Assembly (NCBI GenBank): GCA_965649825.1
Contig: OZ287702.1
Span: 1,342,786-1,406,785 of the forward strand
Source: Penicillus capitatus
Lineage: Eukaryota > Plantae > Chlorophyta
Reading direction: 5' to 3'
Length of the DNA stretch: 64,000 nucleotides
The stretch's first letter is position 1. The number at the start of each line of letters is the position of its first letter. The translations under genes were made by a program, and so were the position numbers. Positions 50,279 to 63,360 of this stretch are shown in pieces. Below the pieces are notes generated by a model. That model was not told where the DNA came from, made no database searches, and was given only the letters and a program-made list of their open reading frames with translations.

Positions 50279-53200
50279 TTTCGACACAAAGCACGTTTCT
50301 CTCTCTCCGACTTGACCGACAAAAGGACCTTCACTTAACGCAGTAGTTCAAATATCTTTGGATTGGGCTGTGTTCGGGACCGAAGGCGCCGCTGAATGGT
50401 CTGAACCCGTGGAGGCTGTAAGACGATAAGAACCGTGCAGACGCTACAACTGCGACTTTGTACGTCTTTGTATGTACTAACTTCTCGAGGGACGGCTGTT
50501 GCCTTAGCCGTCACGTCATGCAGACATTTATGCCCGTCTATGTACATCAACGTCGCGATACTTGAACTCGCCTGTATCATAAACTCTGTCTATCGCCGGT
50601 TGAGCCGCGCAACGAGAGCGAGTAATGGAAGACCTTACAACTCTGTTCGCATCTAGGTAATATAAGGCTTAGTATCTGTCGAAAGGATCTGGCTGTCACA
50701 TCGTGACTGTCTAGATTTCCCAGGGTTCTGTCCCCGAAGGGGCGCTCATACCACGTGTTATGTCACCTGTGGCATACAAAGACATGAACGTAAACACGTG
50801 CATACCTTTGCTCTGTAAACGTGGAAGCCTTTCTCTGACAGTATCGCCGTTTTGTCTCCGCATGATGATGATGATGATGCGATTTACTATGTGGATGAGT
50901 CGGCAAATTCCAGAACCAGAGAGAAGAGGCCACTTCAATGCCACGAGATCGCATATTCCTAGACACTAGCGAGACACGCTCTTGACCGCCAGAAAAGGTC
51001 GAGACGTTGTCTGCTTCATTTATAATTCACAATTGTTCTTAGCAGCGTACCTCGACGTAACGTCATACCAATCAACGGTGAAGTTTTGCGATCTAAGAAC
51101 TCCCCCCGACAACAACGAACGGATAGTCTGTCTTGAGACAAAGTCTTTACAGTGAGAGAAATGTAAATGTGAACGACAGAACAAGTCCTCGATAGTTCCA
51201 CCTAAAGTCATATCCTCGATCCAACTCAACTGTTAAAATTAGGGACAGAATCTTCTGACAGCTGTGACGTTTAGTGCGCGAGAGGCTCGTCATGCATGAC
51301 GATAGCACGAGAAGAGGACTGACGTCATTCTGAGTATTTAGACGGGAACTTTTCTGCTCTATCCGTCTAACTATGTAATTATACATTGCGGACGGAGTTT
51401 TCCAGCGCGGTTCGCCATCCGGTCCGGACTCGGCCGTCAGGTCGACTCTCACAACAGCTTCTCTTCGCTTTTACACTGGACAGTCCTTACTGGTTGAAAC
51501 GCCAGCTGGCTAGGAATCAAAGCATGTGCAGTACCTCTTGAACGCCCTGTACTTTTTACCTCCTGTGGGAAATACTATCCATACACTTCGGCTCTTACGC
51601 TTCCGAGGCACTTTACTCCTCGCGTTATGTCTTGTCGGGGACGACGTCGTCAGGTGGAAGCCATGACCGAGAAGTTCGAATTTTCGATGCTGTTCACCGA
51701 ACACGATGGAGATACAAAACAGGCCCGGAGGTCGGTTCTCGTCCGGATCAAGTCGCGTGGAGAACAGATTCCTTGGCAGTAGGTATTTTAACTAATGAGG
51801 TTTACAATAGGATTCTATAGACGAGAGGTATTGTTAGGACGTGAGATGGACATCGGATTCTAGGAGTGTCTAGTCACCTCAACGATGTACTTGACATGAC
51901 TGGTTGTGTATAAAAGGAGCCAGATGGGCCTCCTCGTTGTAACAAAGGTTGGCGTGTTCTGGTAATACGATCCTCTACAGTATCTTCTCTGTTTTGCATG
52001 TTCTCGTCGTCATCTGCGAAAAGGACCTATCGTATCCTTACAGCTTTGATGAGTTGCGATGAGTCGAATCCTGTGGCAGTCACAAGACAAGGTCGGAGAC
52101 AAGAAGTTAGGTAAGTCGATTAAACACAGAAATATCGTCGTTTTTAAGTGTGCTTTCTTTGGTTCTGTCTATCTGTCATGGTTGATCATCGTCTTGTGTT
52201 TGACACGAACGCGAAAAGATGCCTAACGAGTAGGATAAGTACTACGAAGGGTGCCTCGGATCATCGAGGCCGAAAACGCGTGCGCGTGCGTGAGCGCACG
52301 AGGCATGATGCCGGTAAAAACATGGACAATCGAATGGATTGCGTGGTTGACGTAATGGTGACACAATGAGATGACGACGTCTGGGGATTTCGGCTTATTT
52401 AAGCCGTAAGTGTTATTGTACGCGTCTTTAATCAAAGCTGCTATTGCCACACGATTACACTCGACCAATCTCCCGATCAAATTCACAAGGAAGAAGCGAA
52501 TGATGCCAAGAAGTTTGGAAAAACAAGCAATCGGAAGCGTCGTGACGCGTTTGTGCTGTTGTTGGAAGCAAGATGCAAATCATGCACCAATATAACAGAA
52601 GAGCTCTGTTAGTTCGTCGTAAAGTCATGATGATAACAAGACAGACATAACGATGGTTAAGATCGCCGCGTCGGAGGCTTTTGAAGCGTCTTCCGAAGCT
52701 CCGAGTCTTTAGGAGATTGCTGTTTTCCCCGACTGTGACGGTGCAATAAGAGCTTGATACAGACTAATCATACAGGCATCGTGATTGCTTTTCATTCGTT
52801 CTCTCAGTATACGAAGGCAAAAGACAACTTATCGATACCGAATCGAGTGGAATAGATAACGAATCGAAAAAAGATAAGCAGTTACCATGAACGAATATAT
52901 TCCTTATTGGCGAAGATAGCTGATTTAGCGGTATAAAACTTCTTTACGCATCAGCCTGAATGAAACTTTTATATCAACTGTTGCCACACGGATTACCCGG
53001 TCCCATATTGTTACTGCCATTTTTGCGATCTTTGTGTAGACTTGTCAGTACAATTCAATCGGGTTGTTTACTTGAAGATATTTCTCGAGTTTGAATGGTA
53101 AGTTTCAAGACAACCTTATCCAGCTTTAAAAAGACTTTGTTTGTGTCATATTCGTTACGTTTTCGTTCGTTCGTTCGTTCTGTCTCTCGTGAGCGTTCCG

Positions 53201-53379
53201 TGGTTCGTGAGCGAGCGTTCTGGTCGTTTATGACGTCTGTCTGTCTTGTTGTCCATCGTTTGTGCCGCCCTACTTAGCAAAAGTCGTGTCCCTGCTTCCG
53301 TGCTATATGATTCCCTTTTCTATCTTACTTTGTTTATTGCTTCCGTTCAAGAAAGAAGAAAACAAGGCTACAGAAGTAA

Positions 53380-53620
53380 ACGAACATATTTGCCGAGTAA
53401 GAAGACTTACTTTATGGGCGTCATTAAAGCTCAACCTTTTCATGAGCGTAGTGATTACAAACTGTATGACAAACAGTATGTAAAGATCAATTCTTGTCAT
53501 CGATATGCTGTTGAACGTGGGTTCCATTACAAGATCTTTAGAAGAAGATGCAGTAAACGCGTAAGCCTACGGCCTATTGAAGGAACAGACAACTCTGATG
53601 CTTTTATTGAGAAAGAATGA
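53380..53620 (+). mobile_element. Possible Mutator/FAR1-like transposase remnant in an AT-richer island
   Basis: F.....YK......YAVERGFHYKI resembles the recalled MuDR N-terminal F....A...YA...GF motif; no catalytic domain or TIR found. Confidence 0.25.
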
Positions 53621-56286
53621 TATGGTTTCATTTTTACAAAGACTAACATCATGTTTTAAACGGTTTTTATTGTGGAACACCGAGAGTTGGATGGATTTAG
53701 CGATTTAGACAATGCGTACAGTGGCGATTGTTTTGACGACTTCGTTTAGTATCTTAATCCTGCATGATTCGAGATTTGATTAGTTGTCGATGTTGTAGAT
53801 GCATAGAGATTTGGCTTATCTAAGAGAGCAACAAGAAGATGATATTTTACGACGTATGTGTAACGCCGTTTTGCATTATCTTTATTTCACATTCGTACGA
53901 CAAGTGGAAACGAAATAAGAGCGTTGAACAGTCTATGGGTTTGCAATTCGAAAACCGTAGACTTAATGCTCATAAAGGAGACCTCGGTGGGAACAAAGTA
54001 ATCTTGAGTAAAAATGTGCGACGAAGGTTGGACTTTAAAAACGTCCAACGGAATGATGAAACGTGAACATTAGACGAAGAACGAGACGTTTATGCCGTCG
54101 TTTCTAAAACAGTATGAGGAAAAACATCGATGAACTTCGACATTAGTCTGGACAGCCGCTTTCAAAGATCTCAAGAACTCAAAGTGTCCTTAATACCTAA
54201 GACCTAAAGAGCGAAGTTTAAGAGTTAGTAGATCTGATGTCCACACTGAGCAAACTATTTGCGATTCCCAGTCGATGAAGTATGTGTCTAAACACAGTTA
54301 TTGAAATTGTAATGCAAATTGTCGATCTCAGGATGATCCATACATACGCCAAGCAGAGAAAGAAATTCTGTCATGCAATGAGAGATCTGGATCAAAAGTC
54401 GGTCACAGGCATGGGTAAGTTCGATATTAATATCAGACAGAGTTTTCAGCATCAGAGTTTGCTTATGATAAGAGCACTGAACTTGGTAAACGTCCGCTGT
54501 TTGTTAAAGCCTGTAGACGAATTTCGTTTTAAAGATAGATAACGATTCCCACGATGATTGTGTCCTCAGAAGGTTGCGATTTGGTCTTGAGTACCGTTTG
54601 CATTCCTCCTAGGCAAGTTAGCTCATGCACGTCTGTCTGCTTGAAGCTCTAGCTTGCGTGACTGGCTTCATAAGTTTTGAGTCGCTGTTATTGCGAAGTG
54701 CAGTTATCGCTTCACATCGTATAGTGAACTGTCGCAGCCAAAAGCCCGTTAACGTTATTTCGCATACAGAACACGTCAACGATTCCAGTGTTGAAGCAGT
54801 GCTAGCTAAAGGAAGGAATCAGTAAAGAGAAGAGAGACTCGATTATAGTCATCATCCGCGATTTGTGTTAACGACTACGGGTAGAAAATGGCTTCGTAGA
54901 CGAATTAGCGAACACGACGTCAAAGACGTCGTTTAATTGTCACGTCACCGTTCCGTCTGAAGTGAAGCGACGCTAATTGTGCCTTCCTATGCACCGTCGC
55001 TGTAGAGAAAGCGGTCACTATCGTAGCCGTGATCACAGATCTCCCATTCTTTCCTGGCGCCTCCTTGTTGCGATTTGCGATTGGCGATATCGGATACACC
55101 CTTCTTGCAATAAAGATCTCACTGTGTGTACTACTCTACATCTGGATCGCTTGCGGTACCCGAGAACCGACAAGCCCTCGAATCAAATGTCGATTCTGAA
55201 GCACAGCGAGACAAACGGTGAGCGAACAGAAGCGCACATGCTTGGATGCCTTCCCATTTGATAGACGAAGTTGCGACGACGTCCTAAATGTCATCCGAGG
55301 CACGTTCCTCCACAGATCTCTTTCTTGTTTGTAGATAACGCAAGGCAGTTCTGACCGTCTTGAGTGCGAGATCGAAACGGACCTTTTAGAGCTGAAGGAG
55401 AGCATGACGCCGGACTTCTGTCTGAGAAGCTCGCATTCTCTATCGACGTTTTTTATCTAGAATGATGCACTCGATGGGACCGCCTTCATGCATGGTTCTG
55501 AAATGGCGAACGGCGTTGACACCTTCGCATTGAAGGCAGAGGGGTAAAAAGCGATGCCACTGCTTTCTGCAACGGATAACAGAGTACGAAGACAGTGACA
55601 ATGCTCTGACAGGCGCTCTATTACGAGTACTAGGAGAAGTGCCGTGCATCAGCAGCATCTTCGACGGATGCTTTCGATCGATCATGCTTCACGATTGCAC
55701 AGTGGGAGAGCTTTTTTCGATTTTATGCACCTTGTGCGGTACACCCTTTAGGCAACGCTAGCGCCGTAAGCAGAGGAGAGGAGTAGTCTTTGCAGCAGAC
55801 ATGTTACGAATGGTGGGTGGTGTGTCGTTGATCACAGACGACGGCAATCGAAGACATTAGGAACCGATGATATTGCAAGCATTTCTGCCCTTCACACTTT
55901 CCTTTCCGACCTGAAACCCCCATGTCACTCAAGAGAGGGGCACTGTCTGCCTCGATTTACAAGACGAAAGACGGCATCCACACAATACTTGCACCACTGT
56001 ATCGTTGCATGTATCTACAGCAGCATCGAAACTAGACGTGTCTATACATGCCTCAAACGATCTGTTAGATGGTGAGTGATAACATGACACAAAAACCTAA
56101 TTGGAACAAGATGAAGCCGAAATGGACGAGGCGTGTATGGTGGATTGCTTCAAGACAGAGCAATCTGAGGTTTAAAAGGTAAGGGGACATAACAGAGATT
56201 TCCAATGTTGCTGGTGGTGTCTTTCGTCGGCAGGATTCGTTTCAATGGCACAGAGGTAGCTTACTTTGTCCATGCCGCGGTTCACT

Positions 56287-56500
56287 CTGCCTCGTTGGAC
56301 CGCGAACCGCAGAGGGCTGCCTCGTTGGACCGCGAACCGCAGAGGGCTGCCTCGTTGGACCGCGAACCGCAGAGGGCTGCCTCGTTGGACCGCGAACCGC
56401 AGAGGGCTGCCTCGTTGGACCGCGAACCGCAGAGGGCTGCCTCGTTGGACCGCGAACCGCAGAGGGCTGCCTCGTTGGACCGCGAACCGCAGAGGGCTGC
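56287..56500. repeat. Perfect tandem repeat, 7 x 30 bp (CTGCCTCGTTGGACCGCGAACCGCAGAGGG)
   Basis: ctcgttggac recurs at 56291, 56321 ... 56471 with no variation. Confidence 0.98.
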
Positions 56501-56942
56501 CAATGCCTAGATCGTCTAGGCAGTCATCTCGAGGCATGCTCACGCAGAGAATTCGGTACCTTCTAGCTAAACGTGCCCTCGCGAGGCACTGCTGTCTTCA
56601 TTCTGCAACAGCTCGCAGTCAACGCGTTTGTGTTTCTCGCAGGAGCACGTCAACAAGCCAAAAGACGGTTGTGCGAACATCCTTGTCCTCAGCGGTGATT
56701 TGTCGGCGGATGAAGATGTTCTTGTTAATTCACATGATATGCGCCGTTCGAACGGAGCCGCCTGTGTTCGTGCAGCCCCGTCCAGCAGATGAGCGGTCCG
56801 ACGGTTGCGAAAAAATGAATATAAGCGTGCACAACTCCGTGCTATTCACTTATAACATTTGTCTGCTATCCCCTTCTCCTTAGATTCTTCTTTAGAAGCA
56901 GCAAGAAACAAGGCGTAGTGATTGACTTTATACTGCGTAGTG

Positions 56943-57897
56943 ATGAAGGCAGTGTTTTCTCTCGTGATAATTGCGGTATGTCGACCGTGGAGGAAGCTCG
57001 TTCTTCTGTGAAAAACGCATGTTCTGTGCAGGCGCTGGCCGTTCACGCAAATGGACGTTGTTTCCCCGGGTCATCCAACTGTGGTAAGTGCCGAAGGTTC
57101 AAATCTAGTGCTTAGCTGACCCAAAATGTTTGGCAGGTTCTTATGACGCTGCATCGTCATCCAAAGCTACTCGCCATTTGTATCAATATTTCAAGCCGGA
57201 GGCGACGACGGATTCAGCTGTAAATACTGCCACGGGAGTGATGGGCGGCGTTTTTCCAGGCTCCGGATTCGCAACCGCCGATGCTGCAGCCGTCTCAAAT
57301 GCGTTTACCCTTGGCAATGTTGCTGCTGCAGACTCCTTGGGCGGTAGCGATGCTTCGGCGGTCACGGTAGGTGACGTTGCGGCGATTGGAACTGCCGACA
57401 GTTTCACTTCCGGATCTGCCACGACTCCCACAGGCTTTGCGGGTACGGTGTCGGTAACTAATACCATTGCTGGAGCCGCATCTGGCCTTGGCGGAGCTGG
57501 CAATGCAATCGGTAGCACCGTTTCCGGTTCGGCTGCGGACACTTATGGAGCCATGCCTATCGCGGCTTCCACGACCACCGGCTATGGCGAATCGGCAGCA
57601 GCAAACAATGCCGCCTCCGGGACATCTACTGGAGGAGGATCTGCTGGAGTCGCTCAGAACTTCTACGGAGACGCTGCATACGCGCAAACCGGGAGCCAAA
57701 TCGACACTGCAACTTACGCTCCACCAGGCGGCGCAGCGCAGGCTGCTGGTGGCACCATTTTCAATGCAGCAGCAGGAACAGATCCGCTTGGAAAGTATTC
57801 TACTTCTCAAGGTGCTGCCAGCTCTGGATCATCGGCGTCGAACGGCGGCTCGTCCGGAGCAAGTGCCGGAGGAGCTGCAGCATCCGGGAGTCACTAA
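56943..57897 (+). CDS. Secreted Ala/Gly/Ser/Thr-rich protein, 3 exons
   Basis: Exons 56943-56975, 57032-57083 and 57137-57897 give MKAVFSLVIIAALAVHANGRCFPGSSNCGSYD...RHLYQ..., with canonical GT-AG introns and a signal peptide. Confidence 0.85.
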
Positions 57898-58279
57898 AGA
57901 TCCCTTATCTCTCATGATCCCCATTCTAACGGTGGAAGAAATAATGACATCAGCTGTGGTTAACTGGGGGACATTCTTAACTAACTCTGACACCTCAGAA
58001 GGCTCGTTCTTCTTTTGCGTGTTTTCTTCTGCTCTGCTTTTTAAGCTGACGTGTTGTTTTGTTTGTTGTACGAAGCAATGTTGTCATCGATCACGTCGAT
58101 ACGATGATGGGGATGATTTTTATGTTGAACATGGTGTTTTTGTCTTTTCATGATGCAGTTATCTGAAACAATGCGTGTCCTCGCTACGTCGCCTTCGCGT
58201 GTTCTAAAGCATCACACATTCCCACTGAAAAGGATACAGATATGGAGCTGTGACAATCGGAGAAGATTCCAAATACGAC

Positions 58280-59840
58280 GCTCGCCGATGATCAATAGGT
58301 ATAGTTCTGCAGCTAATCGTACAACGCTGTTGTCCACTTGCAGTATGCATTATCGACCACGCTTCGGGTATGGGCAGCCACTTGCTTTTCGCTTTTATCG
58401 AGATGAAAGCGATTGCGAGTGTTCCTGACGGCATCGCCTCTTTCGAAGCAAGGCAGTCCAGAATGCTTCATGAGAGCGACACATGTTATGATAGGATCTG
58501 CTACGGTACGTGCAGCGAGAAAGGCGCGAATGCACATGTCCTCGAAGGTGTGATAGAATTTCGAGTTCCGCATTACACCAGAATCGAGCAGCTGCGTCAT
58601 TTCGTGGCTCATCTTGAAATCTGCGCTCTCGAATTTCATGTTCCTTCCGGAAGAGATCTCCAAGATGAACCCGAAATCGATGTGCACGAGATGGCCCTCG
58701 GAGTCGATGAGGATGTTGCCGTTGTGTCGATCCTTGCGTGCAGCAGAAAACTGGCAATGGCATCGCCTGCTTCGGAAACCATGAAGTTGTGCCGAGCTGC
58801 TTCGAATCGTGGCGACCCGGTGCCTCGAATTCCCTCTGAAAGATCTCGTACAGACCGCCATCCGTCGTCTCACTCAAAGCCAATCGAGATTTGCTGTTCG
58901 GCACCACTTCGATGATACCCGTCTCCACAGAAACTCGAGTTGCTCGTCTGATGGAAAAATGCAGGAGGTCATACGTTTCTCATACCCCACCGCAATCGCA
59001 CCGTAGGGACAGAGAAGCAATCTGGCGTTCTCCACTCGTGCCTGCGACGGCTGCAGCGACCATGATGTTGCCGATAGGAATCGCCACGCCGTGGACATCT
59101 GCTTTCTGAGTTGCTCGCCATCCGTCGGCCAACGTGGCACAGGGTACTTCAGATGCCACATCACAGAGTTCCAGGATGGGAGATGCATCGCAGCAGCTCT
59201 GTTTGACGAATGAATGGCTGACATCCCACTCCAAAGCGACCGTGCACTCCACAGAAGTGGACCCCCTCGAGCGAACAGAGCCCTGTCCTGAACTGGTGTA
59301 AGGAGTGTCCGTTTCGCCGACCTCTTCCAGGAGATGAATCGATGAGGGCATCAGCATCTGCAAACGACTCGGATTATCGCTCATGGACTCACCGATACTG
59401 ACACCCGCCGAAACCAACTGCATTGGTTTCTGCAACATATGCTTTGCGCTTCCCTTCCCAAAGACGGTAGACCAAGCGGGTCGCCAGTTTTGCAGCGGCC
59501 CGAACAAGATCTCCTGACGGTGCTCTCTGTCTGTTCACGAAAGACATGCCGGATTGTGGTCCCACATCCAGTCTCAGTTTTCTGTCTGGACCCGACTCCA
59601 AGATCGGTTTCAGCGCCGACTGTACAGATTCGCAAGCAAACGAGACGATTCGACTAGGGTTCCCACTGAGATGTCCACAAACGGCTGGGCACAGACAATG
59701 AGCGCGTTTGGAGTATCGATCGGAAAAGCGGCCGAGACGATCGGAATTGTCATGGCCATAATCTTCTCATCGTCCAGTTGATCGATAAGTCCCTTTGTTG
59801 CCATTCCACTCGAAACGAGATCGACAGAGATGTGTGATAC
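58280..59840 (-). pseudogene. PI4KA: Phosphatidylinositol 4-kinase alpha, C-terminal kinase region, frameshifted
   Basis: LCPYGAIAVGYE, GIIEVVPN, KDRHNGNILID.EGHLVHIDFGFILE, SGLPCF; at least two 1-nt deletions and a premature TAG after ALYD. Confidence 0.85.
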
Positions 59841-60387
59841 CATATACGCATCCGCCTCTAAGTCACACAGCTGTGAGGGTTCCCTGCTGAGGATTAGTGA
59901 AGACCTTGTGTGTAAAAGTGGTCATGAGCCACTGCAACAGAGCATAAGCGTGCTTAGGGGGCATCAGGATGTTGTCTTCCAGCTCAGCATCGCGTGCCAG
60001 GGCACGTACAAAGAAATATCGTGTGGCCGGTCCCGACGATACCTTTCCTTCAGGATCCACACAGATTTTGATGACATCGTGGACTGTCTGACTGATGTCC
60101 TCTACGAACTCCACCGGAAGAGACGACAGCACCATCACCCTGAAGAAAACGTCCATTTCCTTCTCTATCCTCTGCTCGTACAGACTCTTACGCTTTCAGC
60201 TTCAGCAGACATTGTGTCACGGCTTTTTGGAAATTGAACGTGTGTTCCGAATGTAGATTGAACACCTTGGGGAGGCTCTTGAAATGGTCCAGAATCAACG
60301 GTACCAGATAATCCGCGTGCTAGACACACCATCACCACTGTCATTTCGCTATGATGCGAATGCACCTGTCCATCTGATTCTTCGAGA

Positions 60388-63360
60388 AAGCTGCAGAGGG
60401 GAAGGATGACTTCGTCCACGATGCTCGGGAAAGAAGAGCCCCCTTTGAGAAGTATCAAGAGTTCGACGCCTTCATCGATGAACTGACCCTCCTGGATGAT
60501 CAAAGCTGGAAGACACTCAGACTCGTGCGCAATCCAGAACGGCCACAGTAGTGTTGACGACAGACGATGCTGCGGCTTCGATGCGTTGAACAATCGTACG
60601 CATTGCAGCTCCGATTACCCGTTCTGCTCTTGTCACACCTTTAAACACCCACTGTCCCTGACAGCAGAGTATCGAACGGATTCAATCGTAAGCCGTGATC
60701 GGAATGTCGGTAAGAGAGACGAGCGCCGTTGCTGTGTGTTGTATAATTAAAGAGTATGGAACGGTATGGTCAGGGTTCTCAATAGTCCTCCTCTTCCTCT
60801 TCTTCTTGAATCGCCTTTGCCAATTCCTGTTCCTGTGCCAGTCGTTCTTTTCTGGCTTCGGCATCTTCAAGGGGTGGTTTGTGAGCCTCGGGGTCAAATC
60901 GCATGGCCTTGACGGCCTGCCACCACACATCTCTCCACGGGATCGATGACGTGACGTCTTCCTCACCTCGTTGTGTATGTCAAGGCAGAAGGCAATTCTG
61001 GCATGGAACGCTTTCTGAGGTTCCTGCGTCGAGTAGATGTCGGCCACTTCGATGCTCTGCATGTACTGCTCGTCGTGATTGATGGTGGCATCGATTCCTC
61101 CATCCCGAATGGCCTTGGCCACCACGTGCTCCGTATCGTCCTCTGGACCCAGTCCCAGCTTCTGGGCGACATCCTTGAGGGAGATTCTGGAGTAAGCAAG
61201 GTTGATTCTTCGCAGCCCTGTTCGAAGGACGTTGTGGTGTAAACGGGTAATGAGGTTCTGCGTGTGGTCGGCATGGAAGTTACTGGCGTACTGTTGCGCC
61301 ACGGCTCTAGACAATTCGTTGGGCGGCAGGCGAAAGCGGCTGAGATCCGACGCACTTGAAGGCGCTGAGGTCGCCGCCGCGGACAGCCTTGGTCACCTGG
61401 AAGTAGGGATGCAGTTCGCTGGACATCCCTTTCTGTAAGAAGTCGCTCATGGGCGGGATCTCTCCCAACAAAAGGCTCACTAGAACGACCCATTTGTTTA
61501 CCATCACTCGAAAACCGTGAGCAGAATTGGGCGCCTAGACGTCACACACGGATTCGATCTTCGTCTGACGCGTCGAACATTTGGTCACACTTTCCGCGCC
61601 GCCTGAAGGAGACAGTCCTTTGCGTCGGTATACTCCAGCTGGATCGCACGGATTCTTCCCCAGTAATACAGGTAGCGCGCCACCTGCGCCGTGTTCACCG
61701 TGGGCTCCGGTGCCTTGGATCTCAGTTTCTCGGCCTGCCACACATTCCGTCTCACTCTGTCAGCAGCGCCGTGAATCGGCACTTGATCGTAGAGGTTGTA
61801 GTGCAGATAGTTCCTGAGCAGAAGATTGAGAAGCGTCTCCTGCGTGATATCGTCGTGCTGCAGCACCGCCGTCTGCAAACGACACAGCAACTGCCTACGC
61901 GTGAGCGAGACACACAGAATCAGGTCCGTTGCCTTCTCAGACCGCATCGCTCACGGCCGGATCTCTTTGAGGCGATCGAGCTTCTCGTAGACCAATCCGT
62001 AGTAGAAATAGATCTTCGCTCCGACGGCATCGAGCGTGCGGCGATTGTACGAACCGAGTCTCTCGAAGGCCTCGTCCGAGACGCTCTTTGCCTTCTGGAT
62101 GTTGCCGCTGCCGATCAGGAAGAGCTGTGCCAAGAGATACGAATACATCTCCACCTCCGGCAAAACCTGTCCCTTCCCTTCTCCCGCCATCACTCCGTTG
62201 GAATCCAATTCCATCGAATCTTCGGACTGGACATGACAGCAGCCACTTCGCCGCTGTCCTCTGCATCGTGGCTCACCGATGCGAGATGCGAGAGGATCGA
62301 ACGGCGGCAGCGGTGATTCTCGGGATAGATCTCTTTGACAGAGGCGGTCAGAATGGCGGGGGTCAACTCGTGCTTCAGTGCATTGGTTTCGCGCAGAACC
62401 CGACCGACCAAGGCGCGAGTGTCGCGCTCCTTGACAGCTTGACTGAGCAATTCCCTTGCCTGTCTCAGCCGCTGCGCCACGCTTGGCTTCGTCGTCGTCG
62501 CGACACCGTCTTTCTCGCCATCCGTCTGCGTCGTCATGTCGTTCGCGAGCTTGCCCATATCGACCGCGTGTTCGTTCGTTCGGTTGGTACGTGCATCAGC
62601 AGTAGACGAACGCCAATGGCGGATGGCACTGCATTCACGATGGTCGAGCTAAAAACGACAAGCGCCAGTATCAAGGAACACTATCTCTCCCTGGGCACAT
62701 GGCCTTCCAATGACAAGCTCCCCATTGTGTACAGCCGCAACTACAACGTTGCTTTCTACGGCCTCGAGAAATTGAACAGCTTCGACGCATGGAAACTGGA
62801 CAGGATTTTCCAAGTACTGGTTGAGCATGGACTCGTTCGAGAGGGAGAACAGCCGAGTCCAGTAGGCCCTGTGCCCGACGAAATTCTGGCCGCTGTTCAT
62901 GAGGCATCGTATCTTCAACAGACGAACACTTCGAAGCTGAGCGTCATTCGTCTGACGGAGCTGCCGGGTCTGATTCTTCTGCCGCAGTTTATGATACAAC
63001 GTCACATCGTCACACCTCTCAAGTACCAAGTCGCGGGAACCGTTTTGGCCCTAGGAATCGCTTTGGAACGTGGATGGGCGATTCATCTGGGAGGAGGCAT
63101 GATCCACGGGAGCTATAATCGCGGCGCCGGATGGTGTCCGTACGATGACGTTTCCTGCGCCATACATTACGCCAGATCACACGTTCCTTCGATTCAACGT
63201 GTGATGGTCATCGACTTGGGAGCGCATCAAGGAAACGGCTATCAGAATACCAAACTTCATTTCCAAGACGAGGATCTGTTTATCGTGGATGTCTACAACG
63301 AAGTCACGTTTCCTCAAGACCTCAATGCACGCAAGGCTATTAATGTTGGCCGCAGTCTTC
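60388..63360. repeat. Segmental duplication D2
   Basis: Inverted copy of 21811-24791. Confidence 0.95.
60779..62558 (-). CDS. RPN3: RPN3/PSMD3, copy 2
   Basis: Same exon structure and near-identical translation to copy 1. Confidence 0.96.

Noticed and set aside
50861-50878. (ATG)n tract as a third copy of the LINE tail
   Set aside because: The upstream sequence does not resemble the LINE 3' end; treated as a plain microsatellite.
51832-51944. Solo LTR (TGTTA...TATAAAA...TAACA)
   Set aside because: Only 113 bp, no matching target-site duplication and no second copy in the window.
56287-56500. 30-bp repeat array as CRISPR
   Set aside because: The units are contiguous with no spacers, there are no cas genes, and the context is eukaryotic.
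57183-58153. Alternative-frame ORFs 57183-57542, 57295-57810 and 57467-58153
   Set aside because: Shadows of the low-complexity secreted protein CDS.
62088-62615. N-terminal 176-aa extension of the HDAC-like ORF (also 22556-23083)
   Set aside because: It is the reverse complement of the first RPN3 exons; HDAC homology starts after the ATG at 62616.
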